Shown here piece by piece: positions 38,542 to 49,971 of a stretch of DNA of 64,000 bases (position 1 is its first letter; every line of letters begins with the position of its first letter). Origin of the DNA: Rhizophagus irregularis (Eukaryota). The stretch covers positions 7,564,001 through 7,628,000 of the forward strand of contig NC_089429.1 of NCBI RefSeq assembly GCF_026210795.1, in the 5' to 3' direction. The notes below the pieces were generated by a model. The model had not been told where the DNA came from. It was given only the letters and a program-made list of their open reading frames with translations, and made no database searches. The translations under genes and the position numbers were made by a program.

Positions 38542-41500
38542 ATTATTCAAAACGACATCAAAGAAAAATGCATGAAAATGCTTATATAATTTTTCCAATT
38601 TCTTTAGCCTCTACTATGTAACACGTAGTAAGAGATACTCTTGATCCACCAAATCTGAGATCAAAAGTGTTTGGTGTGTATCGAGAAAAATTTATGAGTT
38701 GAAGGGTAGTTTATTATAACTCTAGTTACAAGGAGAATTCTAAATAGGAAGTAAAACATTTAAGATTATTGTAAATAATCTGGAGAGATTAGACGAAGTC
38801 GCATAGTATACAAAATTCACTCACAAAATCAATCTATGAGGACAGGAACGATCATTAATAATTCAGATCATCGCTGTACTAAAATTCATCATTAATGATA
38901 TTAGTTACTTTAAGCACTAAATGCTCAATCACTGAAAAGGATGAAGATAAAATTGATGCAACAAATACCGTACACTTCACCTATAGAATAATACTTTTCC
39001 GATCAAGGATTATGAGTATACCTATTTGCTGGGAAATTATATTGGAAAAACAAAGAATTGGGACGTACTATATAGAACGTACACTTTCTCTAAAAAGATG
39101 CAAATAATGATTGGTAATATTTTTTTTCTCACCCATTAGCGAACATGAGATAATAATTAGTATTAAATACATCAAAGAATCTTTACAAGAGCGAAGTAAT
39201 CATGGGAGATTATAGTAATTCAATTGTTGAATGGGATGAAACTTAGAAGACCATAGAGTAGTTACTTCAAAGAAAAGATGGCAACGAGAATTTTATTATG
39301 TGAGGACTTAATCTGAATAAAAGGCTTATATACTATTATATTAGAACGTGATTAGACACGTGAAGATTCACAAAAAAAATATTAATGTGAAAAAAAAATC
39401 AATACAATCAATGCGAAAGAAATCAATATGAAAAAATTCACGCGAATTTTTTTTTAAAAAAAATCAATGATTAAAATAATATAGTAAATATGGTAATGTA
39501 TCGGTAATGGACTGATAGCAGCAGCTTCTAATTCTTTTAACAATCATATATGCACGTTTGGTCTATTTCTTCGGATGCTACATATTACATATTACCAAAT
39601 TGAAAAATGGACGAGAACAAGATCTGAAGGTTTGCCGATTGGCGTTAAAACGTGAAGTAGGAATATTATCATTATCTATTAAAAATGGTATTGGGACAAA
39701 ATAATGGATTTACAAATAATTTATTAAGAGTTTAATTTGAAGGTAATCAATCAATTATTAAGGCAATCTCTGTTTAATTTGGCCTAATCATATAGTAATT
39801 TAACCTATAATAATATTTAAACTAATGATAAAATCTCCTAAGATTAATTTATAATTTCATGCTTCAATTATAGGTTTGCATTTAATACCATCAGAAGAAG
39901 ATCGTGTTGATAATCATCTAACTTGATAATGTGTAAAAGTTGTTCTTTAAATATAAGGAAATGGACCGCCAAAAATAGGGGCAAAAGAATTATCAATTAT
40001 AGAAAAGAAGAAGTTATGAGAGTATCTAATGAAATGGCCGTGGTAGGTTTAAAATATGTATTATTGCGATAGTATAGAAATAAATCATATTTTGATTATA
40101 ATTTTATCTTCAATAACGCGAACAGGTGGATGCATGAGTTCTTCCTACCCCAACAAATCATTATCACCCATCATCAAAGAGAGAATCGTGTCCGACCTAC
40201 ATACAGATGGAACTTGGAAATTACGTGATTAGTCGCACATACGAGCACACGAAAATCAAAAATGATACGAAAATTGATGCGATTAATTACGTTAGAAGTG
40301 AGGATGCTGAGAAAATTGACGATATAAAAATTTAATCATGATAGTGATGAGGAATAGTGAAAGTACGTAATGCAAAATATTTACGAAATTATAAGAATAA
40401 TTATCCTACTCTTCAGAATGTATTTCAATGTTCTAGATATAAGTAAGGATTTGACTAATGATGATCGAAAGGACAATAATATCGATAGGGCAATTTTACA
40501 GTACTTAATCACTAGTACTCACGCCACGAAGGTATGATGGTAGAGGAATTGTTACGAAAATTTAATATGAAAGTATTAATAAAAAAAGTTTAATTTGCGT
40601 TAGAAGTTGTGCATTATTTGATCGTAAGGATATGCAGATTGTTTGGCAAACGTCAATTTTATGTAATAAAATGAAAAAAATCAAATTTATTAGAGTATAT
40701 ATAATATGTAACAATAAATTTTTATGAAACAAATCGAAAATAAAAATTGTAAATAATAGAAATACAGTAAATGTTATACAATTATAATATTAGAGAGTCA
40801 TTACTTGTTATTGATTATGTTTAAGACGTAAAATTTCTTTTTTTTTTTTAGTAAAACGAGAAATACTTTATTAAATGTATGATAAAGAACATACAAACAT
40901 ATAAAATAAATCAGGACCTATTCGGTACCTCCTTCAATTCCAAAACCTTTATCCATACGATGAAGTTGTTGTACCCTTACCTATTACATGAAGAACAAAA
41001 TGTCTGTATGTAAAAATTAAATTAAGAACTATCGGTTTACCCTTTTCTATCTAACTAAGTTAACACATTCCATCTATACTATCCTATAAACTATAACTAT
41101 CGCGAACCTAAAAATTTTTTTACGTGCAAGCACGTGACTTGAGAATAAAGAAAAGGTTACTACTACCAATCTAAAAAACAAAAATGAGTCTAATACGAAT
41201 CCCACTACTAATTCCGCGTCCATCAGAAGCTCCAGAACGGAAATTTCCGGAAAAAGCTTCTTGAATACTGTACAACATGATCCATCAATTACTTACCCTT
41301 TACAACAACACGTACCCAATATTACGTTAACTGCATTCACAATTTAAGAGTCCCTACGACCCTACCTATGAAGCATGTAAGAAACCTACTACCAGGTTTC
41401 TTTCCCTCACGTCTCTTCTTTACCACTTTCCGTTCTTCTGCACAAGAGGAAGTTCCTGTCTATCACTCATCTATCTTCATTGTTAAGAGGCGAAATCAGC

Positions 41501-41544
41501 AAAGGAAGAGATAATCATTCACATATTAAAAAATTTGGATACTT

Positions 41545-41738
41545 ACAGAATACCTCTCACAAACTTTCTTTCAACAGTTATATGACATTTCAAAATTGTC
41601 AGATTGAATAAAAGCCTTGAGATGACACTTGGTCGCATCATTATCATCAGTTCTTAAAACTGCTATGATTTCTTTGATCATGTAATCATGAGCCAGACGT
41701 TCTGTAGAATCATGTACGTAGGTAATAGTTGCAGACAT
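41545..41738 (-). pseudogene. Possible first exon of a decayed gene
   Basis: MSATITYVHDSTERLAHDYMIKEIIAVLR..., one in-frame TGA, then a GTAAGT donor; no family recognised. Confidence 0.25.
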
Positions 41739-42122
41739 GGTGGGAATTTTGTTAGCAAAATGATGGTAATCAGAATTTTTTTTCTCATGAAAAAAAAAGT
41801 GGCTTCGCAATGATCATTAACCAAATGAGAAATCCATTTTACTAGTTTCACCAATTTTTTTTAAAAAATCAGCCCAATGAAACCAATGAAATGACATAAA
41901 TTTACTTTTACATTTACGAAATAGGTAAGAAAAATAAAATTATATAATATCATATGAAAAAAAAAGATGAAGAAAGAAAAAAAATACTTTTACTTCTAGA
42001 AGTAATTCAAGTAATTTCAAAAAAAAAAAAACTGCAACCCGCGTCGGGTGTAACGGAGGTTAATCTATATTTGGTGTTTTAAACTCATGGTAAAAAAATA
42101 ATAACAAAATTACATGATTTAA

Positions 42123-42819
42123 AATTGTAGGACAAATGGACAATGCGCAGGAAATACAAAATAGGAAAAACATATCAAGTTTTTTATACTACTACGATAA
42201 GATGAGTGATAATCGGAGTTTTAATCAAAGAAAAAAAGCAAATTCAATGAGAGAAAATATTTTAATTAATGTAAGTTTCAGTCATTTTTTTTTAATATGA
42301 TATTTATGATATTTAATGAAAAAAGATATAAATTTTTTTATTCCAGTTTTTTTTTTTTTCAATAAATTCGATAATAAAAATATAATTTATTTCAGCTTTT
42401 AGAATATTTTAATTAAATGTAGTCATTTTTTTTAATATGATATTTTTTTTATTATTTCAATTTTTTTTTCGATAATTTATAATTTTTATAAAAATAAAGG
42501 AGGTTGCAATTTAAACACGAGAAAAAAAATCTATTTTGGATTAAAAGCATGATTTATTTATTTACATCTGAAATTTTGCGTAACATGCGTTAAAAAAAAA
42601 ATATGATTTTATAAAATGAAAAAAATATCGATTCATAAAGACCATGTAGACCACAACCAAAAAAAGAGTATACATTGCAAATGTTTTGTTGATCGATTAC
42701 CTGGGACTGGGGAGTTTATGGGTCACTTTATTTTAAAAAATATAAAAAAAATTGTAACACAAAATATTAGAGGTACAATTGATTACCAAATAGATTAAAG
42801 TTATTGTCTTTACGATAAT
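42123..42819 (+). repeat. Direct repeat upstream of the RdRP (partner 48687-49341)
   Basis: Shared GACAATGCGCAGGAAATACAAAATAGGAAAAACATA, AAATAAAGGAGGTTGCAATTTAA, CATCTGAAATTTTGCGTAACATGCGTTAAAAA and GGGTCACTTTATTTTAAAAAATATAAAAAAA. Confidence 0.9.
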
Positions 42820-43560
42820 ATACTTCGGAACTATAACATTTTTAAAAAAAAAAGAATTCTGAGCAAATTAACTCAAAAAATTTTAAGGGAAATGATTCTC
42901 CGAAATGTATTAGTAGTTTTCACTGGTTCGGGGACGAAAGAATTTTACGTTCAGATAATAATAAATGTAAAGACAATGATGAAACAAAAAAATTTTATGT
43001 TATTTTCGTAATTTTGATTATTAATTTAATAATTTCGGTGTCCATTGTTCAATATATAAAAGAAACATGTCAGGGTGCAATTCTATAATTAAATTACTAA
43101 AAAAAAATCCTATTTTTAAAGAAATACCAATTATATGAAATATTTCAAATCTCTTGTTAATCTCAAATTTTGATTCGTAATTTTTTTATATTAATTATTT
43201 GTCCATTTTACCTTTTTTTTTGAACTATAATTGAATTTTTTATATTTGATAAACAACAATATTAAACAATAAAATATTAAACAAATTTGTATTATATCTA
43301 AAAAAAAAAATTATTATTTTTTTTTTTAGACCTCTTAATCATTACATTATTATTATTTAATTGAAAAAAAAATCATTCTTTCAAATCGGGTATGATCATC
43401 ATCTCAATACTTAAATATCCCCCGCCTCAAACTCAAAAAAAAAAAAAAAAAAATTAAAAAATTAAAAAATTAAAAATTTTATCCACTTTATACACTTTAT
43501 AAAAATTTATCCACTTTATAAAATTTTATTCACTTTATAAAATTTATTCACTTTATCATA

Positions 43561-46500
43561 ATGTCTAGAAAATCCGGTTATTATAAAAAATGTAACAACG
43601 ATCAAATTAATCCTCCTCGTGAATGGAAAAACTTTGCTGAATTGAAATTCAGAGTTAGTAATTTTAATCCTAGCGCTACTATATCTGATATAAAGGATGC
43701 TTTTACTACTTATTGTAATGTTTATAGAGTAAAAATTGAAGAAGTTAATTCTGAAAATTTAATTGCTTGTATCATAATCAAGTACGTATTTTTTTTACAT
43801 TTATTCTTTTTCAACCCTTTAAATTATCATTTACTTATCTCTTTAAAAATATTTATTTAATTAGACCTTTACCCGCTTATGCTTTCTGGAATCGTAAAGT
43901 ACGCTTTCATGGAAGAATTTTACAACTCGATTATCAAGATGATACTAGTTCTAGTAATTCTGATACTTTCACTGATTATAATACTGTTGGAAATCGAAAG
44001 TCAAAATTTCTTTCTGCTGAAAGTTTAGAAATGGGTGATTATTCACTACCTGGTGTTTTTGTATCTGAGGCTAAATTTACTCAATCGGTAGAATTTTTTA
44101 TAAATTATCAAACACGAAAAATAATTGTGGAATTTGGTCTTGATCAGCACACTCTTAAGCTTGAAATCAATTTTAAGGATATAATTAATGATATTCATTC
44201 TGAGCTTGACGCTTCTCAACAAACTTCTCGTGGTTTTATTACTATAGAAAGTAAATATCCCGCAACATATTGGGTATTAAAAAAGAAATCATCAAAATAT
44301 GATGTTAATTGGTGTATTGATGATTCTTGGAATCGAATCACTGAAATTCATACAAAAATTAAAAAAGGTGGTGTTCGTTATTATAAAGATAATGAAGAAC
44401 CTGGTAAATGGCTCGTCTTTAGAATAACTTTTGATTTGGATCAAATTGGTAGAAATTCCATTGAAGGTCTTGGTCGTTTTAAAGAATTAATTGAGAATGC
44501 CGCTGAATATAATTTGGCTCCTAGAAATTCAAACATTAGAAATTGTTCATTAAAAATTGTTAGAGGACCTGGTTTACGTAGTAATCATTTTAGGACCCGT
44601 ACATTGTTAACATTTGAAGTTGATTATATGGTCGAATGTAATATTTCTTTTAATTACCTTAATGAGTATAACCTTTGTGATGAATTCTTTTCTTTATTAT
44701 CTCAACAACCTACTAGAGTCTCTCTTGATATTTTGGAAGGTATTTATTCAAGGAAGAAAAGGATCTATAATCCTTTAACATATTTACTTTCGGAATTGGA
44801 GAATTTTAAATATAAATTAGATAATGGAGCTAAATATATACCATATTATTGTGATATGGTGCATGAAGTTGTTATAACTTCTACTACATATTATGTTTTA
44901 CCTCCAACAATGGAAATTTCTAATAGGGTGATCCGTCAGTTTCGTAATACGGAAAATCAATTTTTACGTGTCCAATTTGTAGATGAGGCTTTAAGTAAAA
45001 TCAAGTCTTCTTTATCTGATAGTGATACTTCTAACGATGCTTTATATAATAGAGTTTATCGTGCTTTACGTGATGGTATTAATATTGGTAATAGGCACTA
45101 CGAATTCTTGGCTTTCTCTTCTAGTCAATTAAGAGATCATAGTTGTTGGTTTTTTTCATCAACTAGTAGTTTAACTGCTGATATGGTTAGAGGTTGGATG
45201 GGTAATTTTTCAACAATTAAAAGTGTATCAAAATATGCTGCCCGAATGGGCCAGTGTTTTTCAAGTACTCGTGCTATTCAAAAGCTACCTATTAATGACA
45301 TTAAAGTAATTCCTGATATAGTTAGGAATGGTTTCAATTTTTCTGATGGGGCAGGGAATATCTCTTTTTCTTTAGCAAGGAAGATTGCTCGTGATTTAGA
45401 TTTAAATACTATTCCAAGTGCATTTCAATTTAGAATGGCTGGGTATAAGGGTGTTTTATGTCAGTCAGCTCATGTAAAAAATAATAAACTTCAAGTTCGT
45501 CCTAGTCAACATAAATTTGAATCAAATCATAATGAGTTGGAAGTTGTCAGAAGTTCTACATTCATCTCAGCATATCTTAATCGTCAGGCGATTACATTAT
45601 TGTCCGCATTAGGAATTCCTGATGAAGTATTTATTGATTTAAAAGATTTACGAGTTAGGGAATTGGATAAAATGCTTGAAAGTGAACATACGGCGTTGGA
45701 AGTTTTACAAAGGAATGTTGATGAATATGGAATTTCAACCTCACTTGCTGATCTTGTCAAAGCGGGATTTTTAAGAAATAATGATCATTATTTAATGAAT
45801 TTGATATCATTATTTCGTATCATGATGCTAAGGGACATAAAGAAAAAAGCAAAAATTCGCATTGATAAAGGGGCATTCTTATTAGGCGTCTTGGATGTTA
45901 CCGATACTTTACAAGAAAATCAAATTTATTGTTGTATATCTGACCCAGGTAATCCATCTAATCAAAAGGTAATAACTGGAAGGTGTATTGTATATCGAAA
46001 TTCCTGCTTTCACCCAGGAGATATACGTATAGTTACAGCTGTAAAATGTAAGGCCTTAAGTCATTTAGTAGATGTAATAGTATTCCCATCCCTTGGTTAT
46101 CGTGATATTCCTAGTGAGTGTAGCGGTGGGAATCTAGATGGTGATGATTTCACGTATGTATCTTTATTTCTCATTGTTTAAAACTTTGAAGTTGTTTAAG
46201 TTATTGACAAATTTTTTTTTTTTAATTTTAATTTAGTATAATATATGATGAGCGTTTAATCCCTATTAAGGCTTATGAGCCTATGAACATCAATCAGAAT
46301 AGAAAACCAAGAATGTTAGAGAATGAAGATGAGAATGAGGATGAAATTCAAAGTGTAACGATAGAAGACATCAAAAAATTCTTCGTAAACTATCTGTTTT
46401 CGGACAAACTCGAATTGATCGCGAACGCTCATTTAGCGAAAGCAGATTCTTCCGATGTTGGTGCATTAAATGGGAAATGTATACGTCTGGCACAATTACA

Positions 46501-47209
46501 TTCTGGTGCCGTAGATTACCCTAAAACGGGAACACCACCAGTATTTCCACCTGAACTTCGCGCTGATGAATTTCCAGATTTTATGGAAAAATCTGATAAA
46601 AAATCATATAAATCAAATAAAGTTCTGGGTATTTTATATCGCTCTATTAATGTATCAGAAGAGTATACCCCTTTAAATGTAAAAAATTTCGATAAAAGAT
46701 TATATGCAGATGGGTTCGAAGAATTTTTAGATGATGCAAGAAAGTTAAAACGAGAGTATGATGCTAACATAAGAGGACTCATGAATCAATTCGGAATTAA
46801 TAATGAAATTGAAGTAACAAGTGGATATATCGTGAATACTATTACGAATATCGATAAAAAGAAACCTCGCGATGTAACCAAATCTGTGATGGAAGCGTTA
46901 ATTCCAATTAAACGACATTATAAAAAATTATTTGACCAAGAATGGGAATCTAATAAGGATCATAGTAGGGTGGAATCTAAAGCAAGCGCTTGGTATTTTG
47001 TGACATATCATCCTTCTGAATTGGATGTAGACCCATCTAAGAGGATGTTTTCATTTCCTTGGATAGCATATGATGTACTGTGTGGAATTGCAAATAGAAA
47101 TAGTCGTAAAATTCATGTGTCCATGGAACTCATGGACTTTTTTGGACCTTGTAATTCAAAATGTAGCTATAATCTTGATGAAGGCCAAGATTTAATTTCT
47201 TGGTTGTAA
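43561..47209 (+). CDS. Eukaryotic RNAi-type RNA-dependent RNA polymerase (SAD-1/RDR6-like architecture, N-terminal RRM-like region); exons 43561-43781, 43865-46153, 46237-47209; about 1160 aa
   Basis: Motifs SNRVIR, FLRVQFVDE, YEFLAFSSSQLRDHSCWFF, KYAARMGQCFSST, FSDGAG, PSAFQFRMAGYKG, LNRQAITLL, HPGD, CSGGNLDGD, AVDYPKTG, FPDFM; two GT-AG introns (GTACGT...TTAG and GTATGT...TTAG) give one continuous 3483-nt frame. Confidence 0.96.
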
Positions 47210-47678
47210 ATTATTTTTTTTATAAAAAAAATAAATAAAATTTTTATGATTAAATATTTTAAATATTTTAAATATATATATATATATATTTTTATTTTTT
47301 AAATATTATCAATTATAAAGTTCGCGATCATAATTAAACTTTGTTCAATAATGCCGGCCTGATCTAAACCCGATAAAGTCTGTCAAATTTTTGTCGAAGT
47401 TTGACGCTAACGTAAAACATAACAGATAACATGATGCAACATATAATTTGTAATTAATATAAATATTATGAATTTTTTATTTTATTTAATTAATTACTTA
47501 CATTTATCCATAACGGTACCGATTCTATTTTGTATATAAGTCAAATTGGAAAAAAAAAACGCTTTAAAAAAAAGGAAAATCTTTAAAGTGGAAGGGGGCC
47601 TTGTAGAACGAATTAATAAATTTAATAAAACTAATATTATATAATAACTTTCTTTTGTTTTATATGGGTATATCTTTA

Positions 47679-48049
47679 CTGAGTCCGATCCGATGATCTT
47701 TCTGACAAGCTAATACAAGAAAAAAAAAAATGTATATCGTCATGTAAATCCGATCAAAAATCACAGGACTCAGAACAGTTAACTCGAGTCCGATGGTAGC
47801 GAAGTCCGATCAAAGTTTAAATTCGGTCTGCATCAAAAAATTCATATGACTGTGCTAAAAATTTATTACAAAATCTACAACAAATTAGTAAAAAAAAAAA
47901 AAATTTTTTTTTAACAACTCTGAATAGCAAAAAAAAACAATCAATCCCAAGTAATTTTAAGCGAATAACCGCATAATCCGATGATCCGGACATGACTGTA
48001 TTAAAAATTGACATGACTGGACTAAGAAGGATCATCGGACCGGACACCG
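47679..48049. mobile_element. Tc1/mariner-like MITE
   Basis: TA|CTGAGTCCGATCCGATGATC vs the reverse complement of the right end TA|CGGTGTCCGGTCCGATGATC; internal TCCGAT repeats. Confidence 0.65.
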
Positions 48050-48686
48050 TAAGTCATAACCTCTTTTGTATTTCTCCCTTTAATTGTATATTTTGGATTG
48101 TATATTTTGTGAATAAATAAAATATATTGGATGGATCAAATTCTTCATTTGTGATTCAAATTATTATTTAGCGAATTTTGAATCTAATGATATTGTTACA
48201 GTACAAGACACGAGAGGAAGACAGACTTACTAATTTATTAGTCACTTAAGTCAATACACGATGGTAATATGATCGATATAATGCTTTAATACAATGATTG
48301 CCCTAATAAATTAAAATAAATTGACTAATTTGTATACGTTTTCCTAACAATTGTAGCAAATAATGCACCACCTCTAACGCAAATTGCTGATCCACAACTT
48401 TTTTTTATTAATACTTTCATATTAAATTTTCGTAACCAATTCCCAAACCTAAGGTGAAAATGATAAGATGATTTTTTTTCCAAAAAAAGTATCAGATAAT
48501 TTTATTTATACAAACAAAAAAATTTCTACTCTTTCGACTCTTGATACAAAAAAAAAAAAGATTTTTTTATTTATGATCCAGAAATCCTAATCTATATTCG
48601 CTAGTATTCTAAGAAATAAGAACACTAAAATTTTTTCCTATTTTGGTTAAGCAGATCCAAAATTTCATGGTAATTACTTTTAAAAG

Positions 48687-49105
48687 AATTGTAAGACAAT
48701 GCGCAGGAAATACAAAATAGGAAAAACATAAGGTTTTTTAAAACTACGATGAGTGATTATCGGAGTTTTAAATCAAAAAAAAAAAAATACAAGGTGCATG
48801 AATTCGATATAGAAAATATTTTTAATTAATCTAAGAAGGTTCTTTATTAAGTATGAGAGTGGATTTTTTTTATTAGTCATTCTTGCATTCCAGGAAAAAA
48901 TTTCATTTTTTTTAATAAAAAAAAAAGATTTTTTCATTTGATATTTAATTTTTTTTTTGATAATAATAAAATAAAGGAGGTTGCAATTTAACATGGGAAA
49001 AAAATCTATTTTGGAAATTTTTTTTTTTTTAGAAGCATTTGTTACTTCAGTCATCTGAAATTTTGCGTAACATGCGTTAAAAATTTTTTTTATTTTTTTT
49101 TAAAA

Positions 49106-49141
<36 letters not shown>

Positions 49142-49341
49142 CCATCGAATTCATCGAATTCATAAGAGTGGGAGATCACAACCAAAAAAGAGCAAGTGTT
49201 TTGATGATCGTTTACCTGGGAGTTTATCTGTTTATGGGGTCACTTTATTTTAAAAAATATAAAAAAAAATTGTAATACAATATTTTAAAGAGTACAGATA
49301 CAGATTATCAAATAGTTGTCTGGTTTTTACTCTACGATAAT
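48687..49341 (+). repeat. Direct repeat downstream of the RdRP (partner 42123-42819)
   Basis: See partner; contains an expanded (AT)n tract at about 49108-49137. Confidence 0.9.
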
Positions 49342-49700
49342 CAAGAAAAATTCTAAAGTTTATTATAACAGAAAACATAGCTTTATAAAGATGGCAAAAT
49401 CTAAAGAAGAAATGGAAATAGTAGAGAACATTTGGTATACAAGTTAAAGAAATACATCTGGAATAGGAGGAATAGGAGGTGTGATAAAGTAGTCGAGATT
49501 GAAAAAGACAAGGAAAGATAAATTATGGGTTTTATAGTGACGGATTAGAAAATTTCGAAAAACAACAATAACGGATGATAAAATAAAAAACATTACACAT
49601 ACATTTTAGAAAATAAAATAGTAGAAACAGCATTTGATAAACAGATCTCATGATAACAATTGGAGCAATACGTATAAAGTACTTTTAGCTAACTCCAATA
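49342..49700 (+). mobile_element. LINE-like 3' fragment
   Basis: KLKKYIWNRRNRRCDKVVEIEKDK; reverse-complement homology to about 8950-9290. Confidence 0.55.
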
Positions 49701-49971
49701 GTAATAACGTATTGTGTTAATAGGTAGATTTAAAAGTACTAACTTTAAACAACTAATAAAGAAATGCGTGTTATTAACAAAAAAAAAATTCCATACTTCA
49801 ATAATTACTTTGTACCTAAAATTCTCCTTAATTGAAAGTTCTTCATGTCCTAAATAAATACATTGATGAATTAAATCTATGAAGATAAAATTTTCGTCAA
49901 ACCTGAAATAATGTATCGCGTAACCGGAATGAAGATGCATTTGAGTCATGTTGATTGAACTTCTTCCAGAG

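Larger units (their letters stand above)
27767..40500 (-). repeat. Right arm of the giant inverted duplication
   Basis: Mirror of 9886-20017, longer mainly because of extra sequence at 32821-33677, additional 102-bp units, about 34920-35015 and 38113-39408. Confidence 0.97.

Noticed and set aside
9886..40500. Giant inverted repeat as a simple assembly duplication, or as TIRs of one giant transposon
   Set aside because: The arms differ by many substitutions and arm-specific insertions, so it is not an exact artefactual copy (a haplotype mis-join still needs long reads to exclude). No TSD, sharp termini or intact transposase was found.
15766..46782. Small ORFs overlapping the bromodomain and RdRP genes (e.g. 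15780-16001, 16947-17141, 46516-46782)
   Set aside because: Shadow frames of real coding sequence with no independent support.
42123..49341. Direct repeats as LTRs, or the RdRP as an endogenous viral gene
   Set aside because: No clear TG...CA ends, PBS, gag or pol. The RdRP has cellular double-psi-barrel-type motifs and spliceosomal introns, not viral GDD palm motifs.
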